Source of the DNA: an uncultured delta proteobacterium
GTDB taxonomy: Bacteria; Myxococcota; Myxococcia; Myxococcales; Anaeromyxobacteraceae
Length of the DNA stretch: 64,000 nt
Reading direction: 5' to 3'
Assembly (NCBI GenBank): GCA_963845515.1
Contig: CAWJSR010000023.1
Span: 160,001 to 224,000, forward strand
Below are positions 9,693 to 18,079 of this stretch, piece after piece. A program made the position numbers and the translations under genes. The notes under the pieces are model-generated. The model was not told where the DNA came from. It made no database searches and saw nothing but the letters and a program-made list of their open reading frames with translations. Every line of letters begins with the position of its first letter. Position 1 is the stretch's first letter.

Positions 9693-10765
9693 GCATCGCC
9701 ATCCGCGACATCCAGAAGTCCTTCGACGGCAACCAGGTCCTCCGCGACGTGTCGCTGGAGATCCCGGAGGGGGAGCTGGTAGCGCTGCTCGGGCCGTCGG
9801 GCTGCGGGAAGACGACCCTCCTCAGGATCATCGCCGGGCTCGAGCAGCCGGACGCCGGGGACGTGCTCCACTCGGGTGAGAGCCTCTCTGCCCGGTCGGC
9901 GCGCGAGCGGAACGTCGGCGTCGTCTTCCAGCACTACGCCCTCTTCCGTCACATGACCGTCGAGGAGAACGTGGCCTTCGCCCTCCGGGTCCGGAAGGCC
10001 CCGCCGGCGGCGGTCAGGGCCCGTGTCGGCGAGCTGCTCAGCCTCGTCCAGCTGGACAACTACCGCTCCCGATACCCGCACCAGCTCTCTGGCGGGCAGC
10101 GGCAGCGCGTGGCGCTCGCCCGCGCGCTCGCGACGGAGCCCAGGATGCTGCTGCTCGACGAGCCGTTCGGCGCGCTCGACGCGCGCGTACGGGACGAGCT
10201 ACGCCGCTGGCTGCGCAGGCTCCACGACGAGCTGCATGTGACCAGCATCTTCGTCACCCACGACCAGGAGGAGGCCTTCGAGGTGGCCGACCGGATCGTC
10301 CTGATGAACGCCGGGAAGATCGAGCAGGTCGGCAGCCCGTCACAGGTCTTCGAGAACCCGGCCACTCCGTTCGTCATGCGCTTCCTGGGGGCGGTCAACG
10401 TCTTCCAGGGGCGCGTGGAGGGGGAGCGGGCCGTCGTGAACGACCTGGTCTTCGCCGTCCCTGGCGCGGCACCGAGGTCTCGCGCCCACGTCTACGTTCG
10501 TCCACACGAGATCGAGATCCACCGCGCCGCGGTCCCCGGCAGCTTCGCGGCCCGCGTGAACCGGCTCGTTCCGCTCGGCGCTGCGATCCGCGTCGAGCTC
10601 TCGGCGCCGGGCTATGGCGACGGCGTGGAGGTGGAGCTCGACCTGCCGCGCAGCGAGGCGCTGGCCCTCGCCTCCGGGGACCAGGTCCACCTCTCGCCGC
10701 GTCGCGCCCGGGTCTTCCCGGTGCGCGAGGGCGAGGTGGACAGCCTCACCTCCAGCGCTCTCTAG
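9689..10765 (+). CDS. cysA: Sulfate ABC ATP-binding CysA
   Basis: [45 protein letters not shown]. Confidence 0.95.
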   Translation: MSIAIRDIQKSFDGNQVLRDVSLEIPEGELVALLGPSGCGKTTLLRIIAGLEQPDAGDVLHSGESLSARSARERNVGVVFQHYALFRHMTVEENVAFALRVRKAPPAAVRARVGELLSLVQLDNYRSRYPHQLSGGQRQRVALARALATEPRMLLLDEPFGALDARVRDELRRWLRRLHDELHVTSIFVTHDQEEAFEVADRIVLMNAGKIEQVGSPSQVFENPATPFVMRFLGAVNVFQGRVEGERAVVNDLVFAVPGAAPRSRAHVYVRPHEIEIHRAAVPGSFAARVNRLVPLGAAIRVELSAPGYGDGVEVELDLPRSEALALASGDQVHLSPRRARVFPVREGEVDSLTSSAL

Positions 10766-10919
10766 GCGGTCGAGCCTTCGACCGGCCGCTGGCCGGTCGT
10801 CCGGAGCCGAGCCTGCCCCCGGGGGAGGGGCGGGCATCGCGGCGTCGCGCCGAAGTCCAGCGATCTCCGCAGCCGAGCCGCTCCGGCATCCGTCGCAACG
10901 GACAAACCTCCGCTGCCGC

Positions 10920-10969
10920 TTGACATCCAAGGCGTGCCGTGAAATGAGAAGGGCATCCGCCATAACGGA
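10920..10969 (+). promoter_or_regulatory. Promoter region of sbp with 14-bp sulfur box
   Basis: TTGACA 10920-10925; TCCGCCATAACGGA 10956-10969. Confidence 0.7.
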
Positions 10970-11011
10970 CGACGCGCCGGACGGACCGGCCGCAGGAGGA
11001 GGAGAGAAGCC

Positions 11012-12049
11012 ATGAAGTTCCCGACGAGAAGGATCGCGCTCTTCGCGGCCGCGCTGGCCGCGGCCGGCGCGGGGCTGGCGCCGGCGCCCGGCGTGAGGGC
11101 CGCCGAGCCCGGCGAGGTGACGCTGCTCAACGTGTCGTACGACCCGACCCGTGAGCTCTACGAGGAGTTCAACGCGGCCTTCGCGAAGCACTGGAAGGCG
11201 ACCACCGGACAGTCCCTCAAGGTCAGGCAGTCGCACGGCGGCTCGGGCAAGCAGGCGCGCGCCGTGATCGACGGGCTCGAGGCAGACATCGTGACCCTGG
11301 CGCTCGCCTGGGACATCGGCGCGGTGGCGAAGGCCGGCTTCCTGGCTGCCGACTGGCAGAAGCGGCTGCCACAGAACGCGTCTCCGTACACGTCGACCAT
11401 CGTCTTCCTCGTCCGGACCGGCAACCCGAAGGGGATCAAGGACTGGGACGACCTCGTGAAGCCTGCCGTCCAGGTGATCACGCCCAACCCCAAGACCTCC
11501 GGCGGCGCGCGCTGGAACTACCTCGCGGCGTGGGCCCACGCGAAGTCGAAGAAGGGCGGCACCGACGCCACGGCGCAGGAGTTCGTGAGGGCGCTCTTCA
11601 AGAACGTCCCGGTCCTCGACTCGGGCGCTCGCGGCTCCACCACGACCTTCGTCGAGCGCGGCATCGGCGACGTCCTGCTCGCCTGGGAGAACGAGGCGTA
11701 CCTGGCCGTCCAGGAGCTCGGGAAGGGCAAGTTCGAGATCGTCGTCCCCAAGTCCAGCATCCTCGCCGAGCCTCCCGTCGCCGTCGTCGACAAGGTCGTC
11801 GACCGGCGCGGCACGCGCGCGGTGGCCGAGGCGTACCTGAGGTTCCTGTACACGGAGCAGGGCCAGGAGATCGCGGCGAAGAACCACTACCGCCCGCGCG
11901 ATCCGAAGGTCGCCAAGCGTCACGCCGGCGAGTTCACGCAGGTGAAGCTCTTCACAATCGACGAGGCCTTCGGGGGCTGGGACAAGGCGCAGGCCGCCCA
12001 CTTCTCCGACGGCGGCGTCTTCGACCAGATCTACACACCGGGAAAGTGA
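11012..12049 (+). CDS. sbp: Sulfate-binding periplasmic protein
   Basis: [40 protein letters not shown]. Confidence 0.96.
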   Translation: MKFPTRRIALFAAALAAAGAGLAPAPGVRAAEPGEVTLLNVSYDPTRELYEEFNAAFAKHWKATTGQSLKVRQSHGGSGKQARAVIDGLEADIVTLALAWDIGAVAKAGFLAADWQKRLPQNASPYTSTIVFLVRTGNPKGIKDWDDLVKPAVQVITPNPKTSGGARWNYLAAWAHAKSKKGGTDATAQEFVRALFKNVPVLDSGARGSTTTFVERGIGDVLLAWENEAYLAVQELGKGKFEIVVPKSSILAEPPVAVVDKVVDRRGTRAVAEAYLRFLYTEQGQEIAAKNHYRPRDPKVAKRHAGEFTQVKLFTIDEAFGGWDKAQAAHFSDGGVFDQIYTPGK

Positions 12050-12054
12050 TCACC

Positions 12055-13506
12055 ATGAGAACGTACCTCTCGAAGACCCTCTGCAGCGCCGCAGCCGCGG
12101 CGTTCATCCTCTCCACGGCTCCCGCCACGGCCCAGGAGGCCGCCGCGACTGCCGGTGCGGCGCCTGCCGCCGCTGCCGCACCGGCGGCTGCTCCTGCGCC
12201 AGTTGCCACTTCCGTTCCTGCACCTGCACCTGCACCTGCACCGGCACCGAAGGCCGGCGTGACCGTCTACGGGACGCTCAACCTCAACTTCCAGCTCACC
12301 CAGGCCAAGGGCGCGACGAAGGCCGCCGACAGCGTCCAGGAGAGGAACGCAGTCTCCACGGACTCGTCCAACGTAGGCGTGAAGGCGCAGGCCGAGGTCG
12401 TCGGTGGGCTCAACGTCCTCGCCCAGTGCGAGACGAGCGCCGCAGTCGACGGAATCGGCACCTCGGGCATCTGCGGTCGCAACAGCCGGGTCGGCGTCTC
12501 CAGCCCGTACGGCACGCTCTTCTTCGGAAACTGGGACACGCCGTTCAAGACCGCCACGGGCGGGACCAAGGTGGACGATCCGTTCCAGAGCACCGACGTC
12601 TTCGGGTACCAGAGCCTCGCTGGCAGCGCCGGCTTCAACTACAAGAGCGCCGCCGGAATCTCGGCGGCAGGCGGCGCGCCGGACACCACGGCCGCGTATC
12701 CTGCCGGCTCGGTGGTGAATGGCTTCGACGTGCGCGCCGGGAACAGCGTCGCGTACCACTCTCCGAAGGTCGCCGGCGCGTCCGTGAAGCTCCAGTACTC
12801 GGCCTCCGAGTTCGCGAGCGCAGACGGCACGCTCGTCCCGCAGCTCTTCAGTGCCGGCGTCAACTACGAGTGGAACGGTCTCTCGCTCCTCGCGGCCTAC
12901 GAGCGCCACGACGACTACTATGGCCTCGCAGGCATCAACGTCGCGGACAAGAAGAGCACGGCGGCGGGCGCCGCGGATCCGGAGACGCTCGCCCCCAAGA
13001 GCGCCGCGTTCGGCGCGAGCTCGCCCCAACACCGCGACCCACAGCTCGGTCGACTGGGCGTGGCGCGCTGGCGCCGGCTACCAGCTCGACACGCTGGCGG
13101 GCGCGACCACCATCGGCGTCCTCGTCGACCAGCTGACCTTCGGTCAGGAGAACGCGGTCGCAGGCGCCGTCGAGGAGTACAAGCGGCTCGCCTGGCAGGT
13201 CTCTGCCAAGCACCGCTACGGCGACCACGAGCTGCGCGCGCGCTTCAACGTCGCTGGCGCGGCGACGCGAAGCTGGTGGGCGGCGCGGCTGCGTCCACGG
13301 AAGGCTACGGCGCGAAGCAGGTCACCGCCGGCTACGCCTACCACCTCTCGAAGACGGCGCAGGCCTACCTGTCCTTCACCCGGATCGTGAACGAGAAGAA
13401 CGCCCAGTACACGCCCACCGTCGCGGGCGCGGCCGCCGTGGCGGGCAAGACCCCGAAGGGCGCTGACCCGCAGGCGCTGGGGCTCGGCATCCGATACTCG
13501 TTCTAA
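12055..13506 (+). CDS. Gram-negative porin with two apparent compensating frameshifts (~13027 and ~13260)
   Basis: Signal peptide, VTVYGTLN, RNSRVG..YGTLFFGNWDTP, ends GIRYSF; 13030-13260 is porin-like only in the alternative frame (WAWRAGAGYQL..WQVSAKHRYG). Confidence 0.8.
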   Translation: MRTYLSKTLCSAAAAAFILSTAPATAQEAAATAGAAPAAAAAPAAAPAPVATSVPAPAPAPAPAPKAGVTVYGTLNLNFQLTQAKGATKAADSVQERNAVSTDSSNVGVKAQAEVVGGLNVLAQCETSAAVDGIGTSGICGRNSRVGVSSPYGTLFFGNWDTPFKTATGGTKVDDPFQSTDVFGYQSLAGSAGFNYKSAAGISAAGGAPDTTAAYPAGSVVNGFDVRAGNSVAYHSPKVAGASVKLQYSASEFASADGTLVPQLFSAGVNYEWNGLSLLAAYERHDDYYGLAGINVADKKSTAAGAADPETLAPKSAAFGASSPQHRDPQLGRLGVARWRRLPARHAGGRDHHRRPRRPADLRSGERGRRRRRGVQAARLAGLCQAPLRRPRAARALQRRWRGDAKLVGGAAASTEGYGAKQVTAGYAYHLSKTAQAYLSFTRIVNEKNAQYTPTVAGAAAVAGKTPKGADPQALGLGIRYSF

Positions 13507-13584
13507 GCGGGGAGAGCAGGTGCGAGCGCCGTTCGGTTCCTCCTCCGGGGGGGCCGGGCGGCGCTCTGCTCGTCTCCGGCCGGT

Positions 13585-14637
13585 TCAGTCGTACAGCGAG
13601 AGCAGCCGCTCCGCCGCCCGCGCCGCGCCTTCGAGGTCCGGCTTCGGCGGCATCGTGCGGGTGAGCACGCTCCGGATCGCGTCGCCGATCCGTCCCGCCC
13701 GCAGGTCTTCGTTGCCGACGTGGACGCAGGCGAGGTGCTGCGCCATCTCCGCCACCATGATCGGGTACTCGGGGAAGTCGCCGCGCTCCGTGTAGACGAG
13801 CCGCGTCCCCGCCGCGATGGCGTCGGTCACGATCCCGTAGCCGGGCTTCGTGACGACCGCGTCCACCGCGCCGACGACGTCGGGGTAGTGGAGCCCCAGC
13901 GCGTCGAGCCGGTCGGTCTCCAGATCCTCCGGATACAGGAAGCGGAAGCCCGCCTCGCGCACGAGGACGGCCGGAGTCAGCCCCGGCAGCCCGATCCCGC
14001 CGAAGGAGACGAGCACAGCGGGGCGGTCGTCGAGCCCGAGCCGGCGCCTGGCGTCGGCCCGCTCCACGCGCGGCCGGCGCGCGACGAACCCCACCTGCTC
14101 GCGCTCGCGGAAGGCGGACAGGTCGCCCGCGAAGGGCAGCTCCAGCAGCAGCGCCGCGTTCCCGTAGGCCCGGGCGGCACGCCCCGCCGATGGCGCGAAC
14201 GCGGGCTGGCGTCCCGACAGGTGCCGGTAGATCCAGTCCCAGGAGAAGTTGCTCATCCCCACGGCGGGGACGCCGGCGCGCGCGGCCGCGTCGAACGGGA
14301 GCGCGGGGATGTCGGCGACGACGAGCCTCGCGCCAGAGCTCCTGAGGAAGTCCACCTCGACGGCGACCCGCTCGTCCCAGGTCGCGTCGAGCGCCGCGCA
14401 GCGGGCGGCGCTCGCCGGCTCGTCGATCTCGAGGGCGTCGCGCTGCACGAGCCCGACGTCGGTCGCGACCGCGCGGAACGCGAGCGGGCCGGGGACGGCG
14501 CGCCGAACGAGCCGCTCGGGCAGGGTCCCCACGAAGGTGATGGGCAGCGACGGCGCGCGCTCGCGGACCGCGCGCAGCACCTCGCAGAGCCGCGTCATGT
14601 GGCCGAAGCCGTGGCCGGTGGCGTAGGCGACGAGCAT
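13585..14637 (-). CDS. GT-B glycosyltransferase-like protein (arabinokinase N-terminal-like)
   Basis: ATGHGFGH.TR, VVADIP, SNFSWDWIY, VSFGG, VVTKPGYG. Confidence 0.7.
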   Translation of the reverse strand: MLVAYATGHGFGHMTRLCEVLRAVRERAPSLPITFVGTLPERLVRRAVPGPLAFRAVATDVGLVQRDALEIDEPASAARCAALDATWDERVAVEVDFLRSSGARLVVADIPALPFDAAARAGVPAVGMSNFSWDWIYRHLSGRQPAFAPSAGRAARAYGNAALLLELPFAGDLSAFREREQVGFVARRPRVERADARRRLGLDDRPAVLVSFGGIGLPGLTPAVLVREAGFRFLYPEDLETDRLDALGLHYPDVVGAVDAVVTKPGYGIVTDAIAAGTRLVYTERGDFPEYPIMVAEMAQHLACVHVGNEDLRAGRIGDAIRSVLTRTMPPKPDLEGAARAAERLLSLYD

Positions 14638-14722
14638 CCCGCGCGCATTCTCGCACGGTCTCCTCGCGCGGCGCGCGCGGCTGTGGTCTCCTTGATGGCC
14701 CTGGAGCGAGGCCCTGACCGAC

Positions 14723-15328
14723 GTGACAGCCACCCCGCTGCTCTTCTCGCTCACCGGCTTTGGCTGAGGTCCTGTCGAAGGGTTCGGTTGAGGAACCGCC
14801 CTCGCGCCCGTGCTGGCGCGGATCGAGTCGGTGGAAGGGGTCGAGTGGGCCGCGGTCGAGGCGACGGGGCGCTTCCTCGCCGTGCGTCCGCGCGCTGGCG
14901 CCGCTGTCGAGCTGGTGGCCGCCGACGTCGAGCGGAGGCTCGGCGGGCGCGGGCGGCGCGCGGGCGACGCGCTGGCGCGGGCGCAGCTGGCGGCGCACTC
15001 GCGCGGCGACCCCTGGTTCACCGCGAAGGAGGCGCACGCCCTCTCGTACATCGAGGGGCGGCTGGTCGCCGTCCACGCGGCCGCGATGGTCGCCGGGGAG
15101 CTCGGGCTCGGGAGCGGCGCGCAGGAGGCTCTCGCGGAGGCCGTGCGGGAGGTCTTCTTCGGCGTGCTCGAGCGCGTGCACGCCGAGGGCGGGCGCGAGT
15201 CGAGCGGCTGGTTCTACGCGGAGTGGCCGCGGATCGCGGCGGCCGTCGCCGCGCGGATGGCGGTCGAGGTCCCGGACGCCGCCGCGCTCTCCGCGCGGCT
15301 CGCGGCCTGCTACGCGCGCCCACCGTAG
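14723..15328 (+). CDS. Candidate selenoprotein with two in-frame UGA (U-x7-U) in an HMA-like N-terminus
   Basis: GTG 14723 is in frame with ORF 14810; TGA at 14765 and 14789; reads GFG-U-GPVEGFG-U-GTALAPVLARIESVEGV; hairpin after each TGA. Confidence 0.65.
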
Positions 15329-15344
15329 CAGCGCCGCCCTGCCT

Positions 15345-15641
15345 CTACCCGCAGCACCCGCCGCCGTCGTCGCAGCCGCAGGAGGGGCTGGCGCTCCCGC
15401 CTCGCAGCGCGGCCTTCGTGAGGGCGGCCGCGCAGCCGACACCGGCCTCCACGGTGATGGCGCCAGTCGCGCAGTTGCGCTGGCAAGCTCCACACTCCAT
15501 GCAGCGATCACCGTCGACGAGCGCCGCGCGCCGGTCGCTCAAGACGAAGACGCCGTGCGGGCACACGTCAGCGCAGCGGCCGCAGCCGTTGCAGCGCGCC
15601 GGGGTGTAGCGGAGGGTGGTGACGCCTGACAGGTACCTCAT
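15345..15641 (-). CDS. hgcB: Mercury methylation ferredoxin HgcB
   Basis: CNGCGRCADVCPHGVF, CMECGACQRNC, GVGCA, C-terminal CC; overlaps the hgcA stop. Confidence 0.93.
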   Translation of the reverse strand: MRYLSGVTTLRYTPARCNGCGRCADVCPHGVFVLSDRRAALVDGDRCMECGACQRNCATGAITVEAGVGCAAALTKAALRGGSASPSCGCDDGGGCCG

Positions 15642-16714
15642 CGCGCCCCCCCGGCGCCGAGCACGTGCGACGCCACGAGGACCAGGGCGATCGCCACCGC
15701 GGCGGCCTGGAGCGGCACCGCCCAGCGCATCTCCTTCCGCACCCCCGAGATCCCGGTGAAGGTGGTCGAGCCCGTGAACTGGAGCGTCAGGTAGGAGCTC
15801 AGGGCCGGGAAGAAGAGCATCGCCGCGAGCGCGACGAGCGGCGCGCGGGTCGCCGGACCGGGGAGCAGCGCCAGCGTCGCCGCGGTCACCGGAGCCCCCG
15901 CGGCGAGCCCCTTCACCGAGAAGGCCCGGCCCGGGAGGAACGGCAGCGCGAGCGGCGCCACGGCGGCGCCTGCGAGGATCGCCGTGAGCGTGAGCGCCAG
16001 GATCGGCGCGGCGCGCGACCAGGCCCCGGCGAGGCCGACGCCGAACGCGAGGAGTGCCAGCGCGACCGCGGCAAACACCGCGTACCACTTCAGCGCGGGC
16101 ATGAGCTCCATGGGGAAGAGGGCAGCCCGATCGAGCAGCCCGAAGCGGACTCGGCGCATCTCGGGCGAGGCGACGCGCCCCGCCCGCAGGTACTCGGGGA
16201 GGTCGTCGGCGCGGACCGGACCGAAGTGGACCCGGAAGCCGGTCGCGCACTGCACCTCGTGGGCGGCGACCCCGGGGGCGCCCAGCTGCGGGACGATCAG
16301 CCTGCGGTGGTCGACGACCCGAACCAGCGAGACCGCGCCGACTCGGTGCACCAGCTCCGCCGTTCCGAAGGTCCCCTTGCCGGCGGCGCACCAGACGTTG
16401 ACGCCGCGCGTGTCGAGGACGAGGAGCCACGCGTCGAGCCCGCGGAGGGCGCGGCGGACGACGTCGAAGGTGAGGCCGTAGTTGGCCGTTACGACGACCT
16501 CGGAGTCGCGTCCGGGGTCGCCGACGGCGTACAGGCCCGGCGGCCGCCGATTCCGGTTACGGAACGATCCGAGGCGGCAACGCACGTGCTCCAGTCGATC
16601 GCGCCAGGTCCACGTGGACGGCACGCGAGGAATCATCCCTGCGTCGGTCCGCACCATCCCCTCGACGTATCGTGGCGCCGGTCCCCCCGCGCAGCCGCAG
16701 CCTGATCCGCTCAT
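15638..16714 (-). CDS. hgcA: Mercury methylation corrinoid protein HgcA
   Basis: Cap-helix NVWCAAGKGTFGT, PGLYAVG.P, TANY.LTFD, PQLGAPGV, GPVRA.DLP, TM domain, FTGSTTFT..SGV.KEM. Confidence 0.96.
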   Translation of the reverse strand: MSGSGCGCAGGPAPRYVEGMVRTDAGMIPRVPSTWTWRDRLEHVRCRLGSFRNRNRRPPGLYAVGDPGRDSEVVVTANYGLTFDVVRRALRGLDAWLLVLDTRGVNVWCAAGKGTFGTAELVHRVGAVSLVRVVDHRRLIVPQLGAPGVAAHEVQCATGFRVHFGPVRADDLPEYLRAGRVASPEMRRVRFGLLDRAALFPMELMPALKWYAVFAAVALALLAFGVGLAGAWSRAAPILALTLTAILAGAAVAPLALPFLPGRAFSVKGLAAGAPVTAATLALLPGPATRAPLVALAAMLFFPALSSYLTLQFTGSTTFTGISGVRKEMRWAVPLQAAAVAIALVLVASHVLGAGGAR

Positions 16715-17526
16715 GCCCGTGCCTCCGGCCGCGTCGCCCAGTAGAGTGCGTACCCGAGCTTCCCCGCCAGCACCGCCCCGTAGAACTCACGTTCGTTCTC
16801 CAGCGCCTTCCATACGCCCCGCGGGCCGTACCGCCGAAGGACGCGTGCGACGGTCCGGAGCCGCTCGCCCAGCGTGAGGACGGAGCCGGGACCGCGCACG
16901 ACCCGATCCTTTCGCACCGTCCAGAACATCTCCGGGTTCGACCAGGGCTCGGCCTCGCTCCTGATCTCCTCCGCACCGGCGCGGCGCAGCATCTCCTGCC
17001 AGTGGGCGGGTTCGAGTGGCGTGGTGCCGTATCGGTCGGAGAGCTCCGCCTTCTCGTCGGCGTCGAGCGCCATGCGCCAGGTGGACTCGTGGATCACGAC
17101 GGCGCCGCCGGGGCGGACCACGCGCAGCATCTCGTTCAGCACCGCTTGCGAGTCGTCGGGGATGCCGACCGCGCACTCGTTGATCACCGCATCGAAGGCC
17201 GCGTCGGGGAAGGGGAGCCGCTGCGAGTCCGCGACCTCGAAGCGGACCCTGTCGGACAGGCCGGCCTCCGCGGCGCGCGCCGACGCCGCCCGGACCATCT
17301 CGTCGGAGAGGTCGATGCCGGTGACGTCCACACCGAACTCCCTGGCGTAGAAGATGGCCTGCGTGCCGCGGCCACTGGAGACGTCGAGCACCCGCATTCC
17401 CGGCGCGAGGCGAGCGACCTCTCCCGTCCGTCGGCTCAGCTCCAGTCCGCCCGGGTGGAGGGTCTCGATGCCGCTGAGCTCGATCAGTCGCTCGATGGTC
17501 GGTTCGTGTCGTTCGCTCCGCCTCAT
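16711..17526 (-). CDS. Class I SAM-dependent methyltransferase
   Basis: LHPGG, VLDVSSGRG, GIDLS..MV, LPFPDAAFDAVINEC, RVVRPGG. Confidence 0.88.
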   Translation of the reverse strand: MRRSERHEPTIERLIELSGIETLHPGGLELSRRTGEVARLAPGMRVLDVSSGRGTQAIFYAREFGVDVTGIDLSDEMVRAASARAAEAGLSDRVRFEVADSQRLPFPDAAFDAVINECAVGIPDDSQAVLNEMLRVVRPGGAVVIHESTWRMALDADEKAELSDRYGTTPLEPAHWQEMLRRAGAEEIRSEAEPWSNPEMFWTVRKDRVVRGPGSVLTLGERLRTVARVLRRYGPRGVWKALENEREFYGAVLAGKLGYALYWATRPEARA

Positions 17527-17906
17527 GTCGTCCCTCCCCGTGATGAAGCCGGCTTCGTGGCGATCCCGCTCTCCTTCAGTTCAACGTTCGGCGCGCAGGC
17601 CTCCTCCAGCGCGTCCGCCAGGTTCCTGAGGACGGCGGCGAGCGCCGTCGCGCGCACCCGGTAGAAGACCTCCTTGCCCTGCTTGCGCGCCTCGATGGCG
17701 CCGGCGTCGCGCAGGATCCGCAGGTGGCGCGAGACGACCGAGAGGTCGACGGTGCAGCAGGCGCCGAGGCCGGAGACGGTTCTCTCGCCTCCGCCGTCCG
17801 CCAGAAACGCGAGCAGCGCGAGGCGGGTGGGGTCGCCAAGGGCCTTGAACAGCGCCGGCGAGAGCCAGCGCTGGAGGTTGGGACAGCAGCTCGAGGAACC
17901 GACCAT
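17523..17906 (-). CDS. ArsR/SmtB-family metalloregulator
   Basis: FKALGDPTRL, SVVSRHLRILRDAG, GKEVFY; CC pairs at the N-terminus and before the recognition helix. Confidence 0.9.
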   Translation of the reverse strand: MVGSSSCCPNLQRWLSPALFKALGDPTRLALLAFLADGGGERTVSGLGACCTVDLSVVSRHLRILRDAGAIEARKQGKEVFYRVRATALAAVLRNLADALEEACAPNVELKESGIATKPASSRGGTT

Positions 17907-17940
17907 GGCGTTACGGTAGCACGGTTGCGTCGTTATGCAA
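17907..17940 (-). promoter_or_regulatory. Leaderless-type promoter of the arsR-hgc operon with inverted repeat
   Basis: Minus strand TTGCAT-16-TACCGT with extended TG, 6 nt before ATG; TTGCGT-N4-ATGCAA at 17925-17940. Confidence 0.55.
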
Positions 17941-18010
17941 ACAGACTGGGTTAGCTCGTATATACGGGGCATTGCGAGCTGAGTTTCGTGAGGACTCGAC
18001 AAGTGAGGCT

Positions 18011-18035
18011 AATCCATACTAATTCGATAGGGAAC
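18011..18035 (+). promoter_or_regulatory. AT-rich CymR/Rrf2-like box upstream of cbs
   Basis: AATCCATACTAATTCGATAGGGAAC in very GC-rich DNA. Confidence 0.45.
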
Positions 18036-18079
18036 GGGACCCGCGCAGGGCGGGGGCCCATCGCCCGGGAAGCTCCAGC

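Noticed and set aside
12216..12249. CCTGCA tandem repeat
   Set aside because: Encodes an ordinary Pro-Ala linker in the porin
16680..16714. Selenocysteine in the HgcA N-terminus
   Set aside because: The codons are TGC-GGC-TGC (Cys), with no in-frame TGA
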